DNA of 63,942 nucleotides, the filler included, from Pelomyxa schiedti (Eukaryota; Protista; Evosea): NCBI GenBank assembly GCA_020536535.1. It is 11 parts of 11 records of this genome, joined end to end, with 100 filler letters (N's around TTAATTAATTAA, not from the genome) between each part and the next. Parts side by side here need not be neighbours in the genome. Positions count along the whole stretch, not along the records: positions 50,342 to 54,379 come from JAHLWZ010001650.1; positions 54,480 to 60,880 come from JAHLWZ010001422.1; positions 60,981 to 62,810 come from JAHLWZ010002249.1; 8 more parts are not named here. One strand, given 5' to 3'. The notes under the pieces are model-generated. The model worked only from the letters and a program-made list of their open reading frames with translations. It did not search any database and was not told the DNA's origin. This document shows positions 50,497 through 62,910 of this stretch, one piece after another. A program made the position numbers and the translations under genes. How positions within the stretch are numbered: the stretch's first letter is position 1; every line of letters begins with the position of its first letter.

Positions 50497-51800
50497 ATGA
50501 AGGGGAGGAGGGAGAAAAGAGCTTGGAGGTGTCGCTGCTGGGACTGGCTATTATAAGGAATAAAAAGGCCGTTGTCGATGTGATGTTGGAAAAGAGGTAC
50601 AGAGTGGATATGAACCAGCCCACAAGGAACTCCTGGGGGCCCTATTCCAAACTACCAATGATTGAGGCCTGCAAGTCGAGAAACCCAGATATTATCAAAG
50701 CCGTCATAGCTGCTGGTGCAAATCCGAATATAGGATACTGCCACAGATTCGATCCCACACAAGGAGCTCCACATTCACCAACACCATTGATGTGGGCATG
50801 TGACCATAAGCAGGCGAACATTGTTAGAGTACTACTGGAGAATGGTGCTGATCCGAACAGGAAAAATGACAGGTCACACCCTCTGGCTGAGGCAGTTGCC
50901 CATAAACACAACTTCCAAATTGTGCAAATGCTGTTGCAGAAGGGTGCAAATCCAAATACCCGTTGCGGACCTGAAAAAATGTTATGTCCAATCCATTTTG
51001 TCAAGAGTGCTGATATAATGGAATTGATGCTTAAGCATGGAGCCGATCCCAACTGTGGAGGAGGCCTAGGGGCTGGTGTTACGCTAATGGCAAATTGCTA
51101 TCACCAGAACTTCGGTGTAGTGAAGTGCATGTTGGACCATGGAGCAAACCCGGAACTTCAACCTGATGGCACTCCTCTGTGCCATGCAATAACCGGTGGT
51201 TGGGATGAAGGCGTACAGCTTCTACTATCTTCTGGAGCGCAGGCAAATGGCTACTGCAAGATATGCAAGAGGTTCCCTCTGCAGACTGCCGCAATATATG
51301 ACAGGGACCTTCACATTGACCTACTTCTCCAATTTGGTGCTACCGATACCCACAATCCCTACGCCTACCTAAAAGAATGCAGAAGGGGCAAATTTGAGCT
51401 AGCGATCAAAATAGTCAACACGCCAAATGCCGTGAACGACCGCGAGGCCCAATTGGGCTTGATCCTAATTCAAGCAATACTGAAAGGGAAATCCCAGATA
51501 GTGAAAAGATTGCTGGCTATGGGCATACCACCAGAGACCAAATGGAGGACAGCAGAAGGACCCCAGTCCCCCCTCTCAATTCCATCAATACACAAGGACG
51601 AAGAGATATTCCAGGCAGTATTGCACTGGCAAACATTCCCCAAAGTGGTGGTGGCAATGACGTCCTTTGTACTTGGAACTCACCCTAGAGTTGGTTCTAA
51701 TTCACTGATAAGGAATCTCCCTACCAATGTGCTGATGGAAACCAAACTTCAACTTTTCCAGGTCTTAGCTGCCTCAGTCGACCGAGTTGAGCAGCACTAG
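50497..51800 (+). CDS. Ankyrin-repeat protein with C-terminal THPRVG/F-box-like motif; true start uncertain
   Basis: Repeated TPL..A...IV..LL..GADPN; C-terminus FVLGTHPRVGSNSLIRNLPTNVLMET. Confidence 0.85.
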
Positions 51801-52569
51801 CACCGAGATAAAAGAACTTGATTAAGATTAAATTATTTCCAAGAAACAAATATCTTGATGGTAACCCTAAAAGCAACGGTTGGTGCGTTGGTGACTTTGA
51901 GTTGGTTCAGGGCCCTAGCTGTGGGAGAAACAACAGCATTATGGGAAGTCACCAAGACCTATGCAGGAAAAAGTTACACCAGCGACTAGAATAATTCTCC
52001 TAGTTTTGGTGTTTGCTTGTGGGTTAACTTTTTGGCACATGTAGGTTGCAACAATGGAATGTTGGCGGTTGTTGTGGCATGGAAGATGGTTGCTGCAGAT
52101 TATGCCTGTGAGGCTGCTCCTTGTGAGGACGAGGCTGATGGGGTGGGCAGCCATGACTATTCTACTCTGCTTCGTTTCTTGATGTTTGGACTAATGACAC
52201 ATAATAGTATTGCTGTTAAATTGTGGCCTGGAAAGCGCCGTTGCCGAGGTGAACCCAATGGAAATGAATCATCAATCACAGAACAAAAGTATAACCGCAG
52301 ACTCACCACAAATAAACCAGTATAACCAGTAACCGCCAAACCTCCGCCAAGCCAAACACACAACAACAAAACAAACAAAGCATCGCGCAAACCAAATAAC
52401 CCAACGCAACACCATAGCATACACCTACACCACCAATCCCCTTCCATCCCCTCTGTTGTTCCCAGTTGAAAAAGTTCGTGATAAATGCCCCGACGTGTGG
52501 GCTTACCTCCATACGTATGTACCTCCCATCTGCCCTCCTACATAGGGGAAAAAGAAAAGAAAACAAAAA

Positions 52570-52664
52570 GTTCGGTAGCCCCGCAGGATTTCGATCCCCT
52601 AGACTTACGCATTTTGCGTGTGTTGTTCTGACGCGTTGAACGCCCGAACAAGCGCAACCCGAAC
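52570..52664 (-). ncRNA. Candidate 95-nt structured Pol III-type RNA, copy A (T5 at 52565-52569)
   Basis: Exact reverse complement of 52792-52886. Confidence 0.5.
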
Positions 52665-52791
52665 GAAGTGTAAGATTCGAAAGGGTGAAGGAAATCTAGC
52701 CACAGTACGAAAACACTTCGAACCCAGGTTCCGTTTGGAAGCACTGTGTTGTTTCATGGATAGACATCACCCCCAACACCTCGTTCCAACT

Positions 52792-52886
52792 GTTCGGGTT
52801 GCGCTTGTTCGGGCGTTCAACGCGTCAGAACAACACACGCAAAATGCGTAAGTCTAGGGGATCGAAATCCTGCGGGGCTACCGAAC
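52792..52886 (+). ncRNA. Candidate 95-nt structured Pol III-type RNA, copy B (T6 at 52887-52892)
   Basis: GTTCGG/CCGAAC terminal stem, internal hairpins, GGATCGAAATCC B-box-like motif, oligo-T end. Confidence 0.5.
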
Positions 52887-53074
52887 TTTTTTGGAGTTTG
52901 TTTTTGCATGTTGTGTTTTCTCTGGAGGTGTGTGGAACTTGTGTTGTTCCCCAGTGCTGTGTGGTGGTGGTGAAAAAAACAAAACATAAAAACCCAACTC
53001 ATATCTCCTTGAGTCCGGCGCATAATTTTACCGTTAAAAAAGACTGTCTATGTTTTAAAAAACTTCCGTAAAAT

Positions 53075-53700
53075 TCAATAGGCCCAATCGTCCCTCCACT
53101 TTCGCTCTTTTTCTGCGGAACAAATTCGGCCTCGGTTGCAATTATGGGTGTACAGTAATTCCTCCAAGGCATTATCTGCGTCGTAGTCACCTCCTCGTCT
53201 GGTGATACTGCCCCCTCGCTGCGCAGGCGGGGAATTCAACACACGCGCACACAATCCGCATTCCGCAATGATAAGCAACAAGTAAGTGAACGGTGCCAGT
53301 TGAGTGACGAATTCTAGCTTGAGAATGTAAAGAGAGCGGGGAACAGACCTGTGGCATTTCAACAAGGCGCAGCCGGGAGCGAAAACTGTCACAGTTGCGT
53401 GCACGGGTGCCACGAACGGGTATGCCAAAACAAAATCACAGGTGGCATTGGATCCAATCGTCAGCGAGCAGAATTTCCTCACGGTCACCACGGTCCGCTC
53501 CCTGTTCATGGCGGCGCAGCTGTGCCCCTCGCAGATGGCCACGCACCCCCACACACCAGCCCGCGCACGAGGGAACGCCAGCGGCGCGTATGTAGCTGCG
53601 TCGGCCGGGCGAGGAGGCGCCGCCGCGTTATCGTCACAGCCCCGACCCCCGTCGTCGTCGCTTTCAGTGTCTCCGCGTTGTAGTGCGCGGATCTGCCACT
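53075..53700 (-). CDS. FHA-like domain ORF, probably rearranged or partial
   Basis: LTIGSNATCDFVLAYPFVAPVHATV resembles the FHA core IGR..CD..L....VS..HA.I. Confidence 0.45.
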
Positions 53701-53922
53701 GCACAACCACAACAGCCCCCTCCTCCTCAGCCACAACCACAGCCACGGCCTCGGCCTCGGCGGCGCCTCCTCGCCCGGCCGACGCAGCTACATACACACC
53801 GCTGACGTTCCCTCGTGCGCGGGCTGGTGTGTGGGGGTGCGTGGCCATCTGCGAGGGGCACAGCTACGCCGCCATGAACAGGGAGCGGACCGTGGTGACC
53901 GTGAGGAGATTCTGCTCGCTGA
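53461..53922. repeat. 165-bp inverted repeat (53461-53625 / 53758-53922) with 132-bp spacer
   Basis: Arms are reverse complements with 5 transition mismatches. Confidence 0.95.
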
Positions 53923-54049
53923 TGTGGGAATGCTACCCTTGTCACCCATCAATGTAAACACAAGAATAGAAAGAGGAACAAGGTTAAGGGTTTTATTTAA
54001 CTCCTTTGTTATGTTGGTGGTGTAGTCTTAGGCTGAGTCACACTCTGAG

Positions 54050-54379
54050 TTTGTTTCCCAGAGATCCAAATCAGAAGACCTTCCGCGAACTACTCAACGG
54101 AGATTACTGGATATGCAATAAGGGCACACCAGATATTCTAGTCTCCGTTCCAGGGACACATTTCCTCAATGACCTTGTTGACGAGGTAAACAGGCACAGC
54201 GTAGGCCTCTGGCCAGTGGGAGAAATGATCGATCACCACCAGTATGTATTGGTTGCCGTTCCTTGTTTTGGAAAGCTTACCCACATAGTCGATGCCTACA
54301 ATGTTGTTGGGGCAGGAGGCCACTGGGAGACTCCTGGGTGTCCCTGCATGGATGTGCTGCGTTCCCTTGTACTCTTGGC
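54050..54379 (-). mobile_element. Degenerate retroviral-type (rve; gypsy/Ginger/Polinton-like) integrase remnant
   Basis: PNNIVGIDYVGKLSKTRNGNQYILVVIDHFSHWPEAYAV followed by a stop. Confidence 0.85.
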
Positions 54380-54829
54380 NNNNNNNNNNNNNNNNNNNNN
54401 NNNNNNNNNNNNNNNNNNNNNNNTTAATTAATTAANNNNNNNNNNNNNNNNNNNNNNNNNNNNNNNNNNNNNNNNNNNNGGCTTGTGTGCAGCGGTAATT
54501 TCTCACTGGGATCAAAACAACTCTTACTCTTATGGGTAAGAGTCAATGTTGTTCAAACGAGTCGCTTTTCACTTGTATTAGATATGCCCGGATGCAAGTT
54601 GTTTCTTATTTCGAAGTTCCTACAATTAGACATTCGGTTGCGCTTAGGAGCGCGACTGTTCTCGCGCGGTGTTTCGTGGTGAACGACGTTCGGCGACGCC
54701 GTCGTGGATTTTGCAGTGTTGATCGTCTATCCGTACCACTAACATCGGACTTCGTCCACTAAAAAACAAAGAAATTTTCTGCAATTGACGCGTCGTAATA
54801 GGGTTTGGTTATTAAAAGTAGAAACAGCA

Positions 54830-55756
54830 ATGTCTACTACGGAGTAGTACGTTTTTTGTTTTTTTTTCCCCGCAAACGGCCCAGTTGGCCCTAACTGCTT
54901 TTTTAGCGATTTTTTCTTCAAAATATTTTTGGTAGGAGACTCGGGTGTTGGGAAAAGTATGTACGGCACTAATCTTGTTGTACACTTACCAGCATTTAAG
55001 GTTGTCTTTTAATTCGTTTTGCGGTATTCTTTCTCCACTTAGCTAAACCGACAAGTAAACATCTCGTAAGGATGACACATGGACAGAAACCCACATAGCT
55101 ACAATTGGCGTTGACTTTGTATGGTTGTCTCATTTACAGTAAAATGTTTACCTTTCTGCAGAAAATCAAAACACTTAATTGCGATGGGAAAGTGGTAAAA
55201 CTGCAAATTGTATCTCAGTCTTCCATTGTGTGATCGTTTACATTTTTTAGTGGGACACTGCAGGCCAGGAGCGGTTTCGAGCAATTGCCAGTTCGTATTA
55301 CCGCGCTGCTCAGGGGATCATCCTCGTTTTTGATTGCACTGATATGGAAACATATACCAGCTTACCTTTTTGGTATGGCGAAATTGCCCGATATGCCTGT
55401 GAAAACGTCAATAAGGTACATCCATGCTTGTATTTAGAAATGCAGAATTAATTCCGGTACTACTGCAGCTCCTCGTGGCCAATAAAACGGATTTAGTGGA
55501 CAGAAGAGTCGTTCAAACTTCTATGGCGAAAGACTGGGCCGACGGCATGGAGATACCCTTTATCGAGGCATCCGCCAAAGCCAATATTAACGTAGAAGAG
55601 GTATTCATGCAAATGGCTCGTTCAATAAAAAAAAGGTTCCTTCCACCTCACTGCTACTTTCCCTCTCACCCTGTGAACCACAGACTTTCCAGCTCACCCG
55701 TTTCAGGTGTACAACTTTCCAATAAACCCCCACACAAAAAGCCAGCATGCTGTTAG
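54830..55756 (+). CDS. RAB1: Rab1-like small GTPase, multi-exon
   Basis: [50 protein letters not shown]-terminal CC. Confidence 0.93.
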
Positions 55757-56125
55757 ACATTCAAAACACTATCACTATCACCAACATCAAACACCCATCC
55801 TTGTTTTCTCCACATTTCCCCAAACAACCAAGAAAGAAGTCCGAAATCTAATTTTAAACACTATATAAAGGCTGGAGTGACAATAATTTTTTTTCCTTTG
55901 TCTATTTGTTAGAGCGGAATGCAAGACACAAAAAAGGGAAGGGAGGCGGCACTGATGACAGTTCAGTTTCAAAGGGACACTGCAACGCGGATCGGGAGAA
56001 CACACTGGTTGTTTCGGCAAGAACAAGGCGAGTCAACATGTGGCTGAAAAAAACACCAGACCACCGATCCTGTGCAACGATAAGGGAAAAACGGCGTTCC
56101 GGTCCGTTGATTATTCTATTCAGCC

Positions 56126-57721
56126 ATGTTTCTCCTGCCGCACAAGTCGTGGCACGTGTGGACTGCCAAGAACATCGAGAAGGTCAAGGCGGACGAGAAA
56201 AAGAACGAGGAGCAACAGGAGGAACTCAGGAAAAGAGCCCGCTTGGTCGTACGCGTCCCTCCCCCCCTGCCGTCGTCGTAGTTTTGTTTTAACTAGTCAC
56301 ACCAACTCACGTAGGAAATGTATTTTCGCTCGTGAACACACAACAAACTTCACATATACATATTGCAAACGGTACATATGTATTAATAAATCACCAAGGA
56401 AAACGAACGGCTGTATGAAAGCCTCAAGAGGAGAAGAGCTGTGTCGGGGTCAGTGGTGGCTCCTTCCGCTGTTGTTGGTGATGCATCAGCAACGGCTACT
56501 GATAAAACGGAACTGGGGCCTGCTAATTCTGCTGTAGCGGTAGAACCAGAACAAGCACAACCTCCACCTTCTTCCCCCACAATCAGAACACTGTCATCCA
56601 AATCGTTACCTGTTGTGAAGGAAGAGCACACTGAGCAGAGCGATTCTGGTGACTTGAATGTAAATAGTAATGGCGGTGCCGCAAATTCCAATTCAGAAAC
56701 TGGCACCTCCTGCACAACACCAACCACCACAATTTCAACTCATGCACGTGAACCCTCTGAACAGCGCGGCAAAGGTGACACGGAGGAAAATGCAACTCCA
56801 AAGAAGAAAGCGCCTTTGATTGACTTTGTTGCTTCAAGCAGTACCCCTTTTATGCGCGAAGACGGCCATGTGAACTTCTTTGCCGATCTGGAAGAATTGG
56901 AGGTAAGGTACAATTCTACTGCATACATGATGTACTATACATAATATCCTACAGGCAAAAGGTGCCAAGAAAGGCAACCCAGATTATGAAAAAGAAAAGA
57001 AGGAGGAGAAAGCAAAGAAAGATGCCCTGGTTACTACATATCTTGGTGCCACCTCAGCCGAGTCTATGCGTAAATCCGCTGTACATTTCCTTTCCCTTAC
57101 TAACAAATTTTAGCCCCGGAAAAGCGGCCCTGGTATCACCATGCCCAAGGCCAACCTGTCTCTGAAACCAATAAGAAGTACGCAATCCCGGAAGATTATC
57201 GTTCCCACTCATCTCTTTCTGTAACAGGAAGGACACAATTCATAAGCTAAAGGATGACCCACTTGTGGATATGTATAAGTATGTCAACGCACAAAAAAAG
57301 AGCCACCACATAGCAGAAGTCTCGTCACTCCACACGGAACCAGTTGGTCCTGCTCACAAATCACCGCCACCCAAAGAAGAAACCCCAAAACATCTTCCAA
57401 AGGACCACAAGAAGTATGTGTTTAAACCATTTAAATATAAACACACCCTACCGCGAAACACTAACAACGAAATAGGAAATCCCGAATGGAGAAATTGCGT
57501 GAAGAGAGATTAAAACGAGAACAGGCAGAAAGAAGGAGGGTAAGAACAAAATTTCGTATTTGTATTGTTATTAAGTCACTTTTGTACAGGCCCAGGCACT
57601 AATGTCAGGAAGAACAGAAGATGATAATGATGCTAGGGAAGCTGCATCATCAGGCTACAGCCGTCAGTACACCACGTTCCATGGTGCTCGCGCAAGAGAG
57701 CACCACATTACAGGAGAATAG
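56126..57721 (+). CDS. LENG1: LENG1-like (CIR_N domain) protein, multi-exon
   Basis: LPHKSWHVWTAKNIEKVKADE; GHVNFF; GNPDYEKEK..TYLG..PWY; DDPLVDM. Confidence 0.82.
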
Positions 57722-57848
57722 ATAGTGATTGTAAATCAGCATGTTTGTGTGAAGAAAGAAAGAGGAGGAGTTCAGAATGTGAAAGAATAAGTTACCTTTG
57801 TTTTGTTGTTCCCAGTTTTACAGTAAAGAGACGTGGCCATGTGTTGTT

Positions 57849-60169
57849 TTAGTACTCACGTATAACATACACAGGGCCGGCGGAACCGTCTAGGTCCAAG
57901 TGGCACAGTAGAGCAGTTTCATCACAGGATACTCCCGTGAGCTTGTTGCCGTACATGTCATAGAAGAGGGGAATACTGGCTCGGGTTAAGTCAAGGTCAA
58001 TGGGTTGTATTACATCATCTCTGGTTTCCCATAGCTGGTTTTCCATGTTAGAAACAGACGGGCATGTAATTTGCTTACCACGGCAACCTCCTTTTCTATA
58101 TCATCTATTATGAGGCATTTTACATGGGAGATGGTTGTATCTGTTGAGTAAAACGAGAATGTATGGTCAACTGCGTCTGGCACCATAATGGAGTAGAACG
58201 CTTCGACGGCTTTATCTGTGCGATTGTTAGTGGCGGTGTCGTATGCTTAGTCCCGCTCACAATTAGGCTTTGGCTCATAATCCGAAGGATAAAGAAGGCC
58301 GAAGTTATGTTCCGGGTCGGTGTCACTGGTCCCGTCATTCATTAAGTCGTACCAGACAGTTAGAGTCGTGTTGGTATAGAAAGAGTACAAGAGTTCCCGT
58401 ATGCAGTACAAAGCCTGTTTCTCAAGATTGATTGTGTCTGAGCCAGATCCGTACCAAGCGGAACTGTATCCCCACTCTCCATTGATGACCGGAACTCGAA
58501 TTCCAAGATGACTGGTAACATCATCTCTGGCACACTGCATTTCAGTGTAGTAGGTCTCTGGATTGTTAGTCCTACATGTGACGAGTCAGATAAAAAGCAA
58601 AAAAAGATCAGTTTACCTGTAGGGATGAACACTGGTAAAGCTGGTTACAGAAAAGTTTTGTGAGCTGAGAACACTGTCCAAAAAGCCCGTGTCAACGGTT
58701 GAAAGCCCTCCAAGCATAACGGGCATTTGAGGATTTGCTAGTTTGATTTGTTCAAGAGCCAAGTGAGCCATGGAAGCGTAATTCGCTGGAGAGACGGGAT
58801 GCCAGAAATTCTCGATCTGCAGAAAATTGAGAATAGCCTAATGAGAAAGGTACTCACATTGGGTTCGTTCCACAGTTCGAGGCCAACAAGTTGATTAATA
58901 TTGAAGTGTTGCGCAGCGGCCCTCGCAAAGTTCGCGTAAGCTGTTTGGTATTCCAAGGAACTGGGACCATAAGTGCCGTCATATGGTTGTGGGCCATCGT
59001 AGTAAAGTGGATTTCCATAGTCCAAGATAAAAAGAGCCTTCATACTGAATGTTTGTAGGGCTACAAGAAGTCAGACAGGTACAAAAGCAAAGGTTTTAAC
59101 CTTGGACCAATTTGTCGTACCCAGAAAAGTCATACTCCCCTTTTGTTTTTTCCACTTCAGACCAAGTCAAGTCCATTCTAACAAATCCAAAACCAATGAG
59201 ACGAGCGGCATAGAGAGCGTCGACATCAGGTTCCACAAAGTGGATGTTCACACCAAGCAGAGAGTGAATCTTCTTGTTGAAACGCCAAGTATCGACATAT
59301 CTGGCACCAAATTAGAGGCGTTCAAAAAAAAAAAAAAAAGTTGGTAGAAACGCACACATCAAACGGAATAAATGTAATTGTTGGGTATACTGACTCGCCA
59401 TAGGCATAACATTCAAGTTGATCAAAAACGACAGACCCTTGTCTCATATTTGTTGGAAGATTATTGTGATCCAAAATAAGTTCGATCGCGGATATTCCGC
59501 CATGGAAAATTCCATCATTGTTCCCACCCCAGTAGTTCGTAAGGGTGTGCACGTCCACACTAGAAAAGCAAAACTGAGAATGACACTGACATGTAAAAAG
59601 GGGGTCAGCATACACATATCTCGCCCAACCACTTTCATCAGCTTCAGGTGGAAGCATTACTTGGAATGTTTGGCTCGTTTCGTCAGTCACACGGAAAACA
59701 GCAGCAGCACCGCATGGAGGCGTCGAAACCCAAAATGAAACCTGTTCGGTTGTAAATACAATGCCCAACATCATAACTTCCACCAAGAACGCGCACCATG
59801 TCGCACAGAGTAGTAGACGAGTCATAAGATGCAAGCATGCCAACGTAGGAGCCCCCGGCCGTGAAATCAAACGACAACAGGGCTCCGCCCGTCGGCACTT
59901 GTTCGCCGTATCCCTTGCCTGGGCCCAGATCTCCCTCCGCTCCTGGAAACTACGCCATAATTGTAGCCGTGTTAATTGTAGCAATGCCAGCGCGGCGCCA
60001 AGACGAACAAACAAAAAACGATCGCAACGAAAAAAATGGCAACCTCTGGTCCGTTGGAGAACGCCCAGTCACCTTTCCATGAGTCGTAGTTGTCGAAGTC
60101 CTCGAGGACCACGTAACATTGCACCACGGCAGTTACAACACAAATGATCCACCAGATACCCCCGCCCAT
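57849..60169 (-). CDS. Secreted clan-A glycoside hydrolase (GH5/GH39-like) with N-terminal carbohydrate-binding-like domain, multi-exon
   Basis: Signal peptide MGGGIWWIICVVTAVVQC; VRMDLTWSEVE, FILDYGNPLY, ELWNEPN (acid/base), NGEWGYSS (nucleophile), EHNFGLL. Confidence 0.85.
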
Positions 60170-60402
60170 CTGGTTTCGGTTTTTTTTTTTGTTTGATCGA
60201 TGTCTTGATAATCACGTCGTACTTTTTTGGCCGATACCCCAGTCCGTGGGGCATCCAGGCCAACTGCACCTTATGAGATTCCTCTCTCACTATGAAGGGC
60301 ACAGTGCCCTCTCCCCGCACTCTCTCTTTTATGAGAAACCATCGCTTGAGATGCCCATCAAGTTTAATTATTTTTTTGTTCGAGATGGGGCGCCGGGGAC
60401 CA

Positions 60403-60880
60403 ATGTCGCGGATGCAAGTGTCATCGACGTCGGGTCTGCCATTCGGGGCCCCGACTCGATCGTCGTCGTGGGTGCCGGTCCTGGGGGCCGCCATCGCGTG
60501 CGACGTCGTGGTGGCCTGCGCCCTGGGCTTCTCCGCCTCGGACTCCTTCGCCACGTGCTCCTCCTACGCGGGGGGCGGCGCCTCATCCGCAGGCCTCGCC
60601 GCGTCGCTGCTCGCGATGGTGCGGTGCGGCGGCGGCGAGCTCATGGTGTTCGCCATCACCCGCGCCGCCGTGCTCGTGGCCCTGCTGGCCACACGCCCCC
60701 GCAACGACGCCACCAGCGGGCCAGATGGGAAGCCCCGCCGAGCGCAGGAGGCGGGCGAGGAGGAGGCCGGCCGCGGCGGGGGGCACCGCGAGACCACAGG
60801 GAAGGCAGGGAGAGGCGCGGGAAGGGGGGGGCACGCAGCAGCGGCGGTGCCCGGGGGGGGACGAGGAGTCGGGGGGGGCG
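60403..60880 (+). CDS. Hypothetical GC-rich membrane protein N-terminus, truncated by contig end
   Basis: ATG-led ORF with hydrophobic segments, divergent from the GH gene. Confidence 0.35.
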
Positions 60881-61205
60881 NNNNNNNNNNNNNNNNNNNN
60901 NNNNNNNNNNNNNNNNNNNNNNNNTTAATTAATTAANNNNNNNNNNNNNNNNNNNNNNNNNNNNNNNNNNNNNNNNNNNNATAAAAACAACCAACAAAAA
61001 ACAAGTTTATCCACTGGGCGCACCCAGTGCATTTCGTTTGATTTTGATGATAGTTCTCGTTTTTTCTTTGTGTGGCGGGTTTTTGACTGAAACGTCCAAT
61101 AAACTTTAGAAACGCGATGGTCTGGTGTTTTTTTTATTTACCCAATTGGTTCCCACATTTGGGTAAATTCCTGCTTTTTTTTATCCAGCAGAAACAAGTT
61201 TCGAG

Positions 61206-61638
61206 ATGATGCACCACACTGATGATGGCCGGTTCAAAACGCTGTTCCATGCATCGCAGGAGGAAGCGGACGGTGTGCCGTACTGGTGTACCGGTCCGGT
61301 GCTTGAAACATGCCGCTGTGTGGACGGGGCTGTGTCACAACCTGCAGTGCGACTGTTCCGAAATCATGGGGCAATGCCACGGCGTGATCATGCACAAAAA
61401 CGGCCCCAACTTCAACCAACTTTTCAGGATCTCCCTGTGGTTCACGCACCCGTGTCCAAACGGCGTAGTTGAATTCACGAATGAGGTCTTACGGCGCACC
61501 GTCCCGGACATCCTTTGCCATGTTCGCGTTGTTACTCCTGAGCTTTACATTCAGCGCCACGGTGCCTCACTGGCGCTAAAGAGCATTTTGGAGAGCGAGG
61601 GTTTGTGGAGTGCAGTCAGGAATTCCAACAATCACTAA
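61206..61638 (+). mobile_element. Highly degenerate integrase-core remnant
   Basis: HHTDDG and HPCPNGVVEFTNEVL resemble rve HTDNG and HPQSNGxVERxN, in different frames. Confidence 0.5.
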
Positions 61639-62910
61639 GCTGTTCCCTTGATTTGTGCCTTTTTTTTCCCCTACAACAAGAAAAAAAAAACTTGTTCTGT
61701 TAACTAACAAATGGAGCACCAATAACAAAGGGGGCTTTTGTGTCTTTTTTTTAATAAAATTAAAAAAAGGGGAAAGACTACAGAAGGTGACTAATGACAA
61801 ACAAGTATACTGCCATCCATTCTGGACCAGGTTTTAAAAGAGGGTGAATAATGGAATAGCAACAACTACCTGCCGCAGAGCAAAACCATCGTCATTTTCA
61901 GGGACAAAACAAGAGTATCTTCAGTGAAAATTTCCTCGTGCTATATAGGATACGAGCAGCTCTGGGAGCTGTCTAAGGGCCTACACTCGTCGGCACAGAA
62001 GTTCGATTTCCTCCAATACAGTACAAAACCAACATAATAATCAATGCCACAAAAAACCTGGTGACAGTCTTCAAACCACATGCGACATTCCTTTTTGGCC
62101 TCTGCGTCATCTTCTGCTTCGATATCATCAGCTCACCTGTGTGTGGCGTGTGTTGGAGGAAGGGTTGGAGCAAGGCGTTTATTCAAAAGTCAAAGTGTGA
62201 AGTGGTGGTGCAGTCAAATTGGGAAAACAAAAAGAAAAAGGAAAAACCTACTTTGTGCAAAAACGAAGTCCTCAGTGCCCAGTAGAGTCCCATGTAAATG
62301 GCTCGACTTTATAAACATCACATCAGTGCGCAGTATGTAAAGTCATCAGCCACCTCCTGACCCAGGTTGTGCCAGGGGTGGGAAGCACATTGGTGTGCTT
62401 GTTGGCCGTTGGCGTGCTTGCAAAGTGCGCACTGATCAGAAAAACGATGGTTGATTGCAGGCACAAAAGTTGTAAGATTTCAAAACTGGTGTTTTACGCT
62501 ACATCGAACCCTCATTTTGGTTCACGTTTCGTCGTCCCACGAGGGTAGAGTCTGGAACTGTAAACTCGGGTTCTTTGGCAAAACAAAAATCAAAACAAGT
62601 TGCGCTCCGATGGAATTGGCAAAACGCCATGAGGAAACGCCGCAGTTCCCGTGGCGTTTTGCCAAAAGACGGTTTGGCCTTTTTTTTGTTTTTTTTTATC
62701 CAAATAAAAAAAACCCTCGTGGGGAGAGTCCTTCACGCTGAACGATCTCTCCTTCCTTCGCCTCGAGGCAACCGCCAACTACTCCATTCTGTGTTTATCC
62801 ACACACCTTTNNNNNNNNNNNNNNNNNNNNNNNNNNNNNNNNNNNNNNNNNNNNTTAATTAATTAANNNNNNNNNNNNNNNNNNNNNNNNNNNNNNNNNN
62901 NNNNNNNNNN

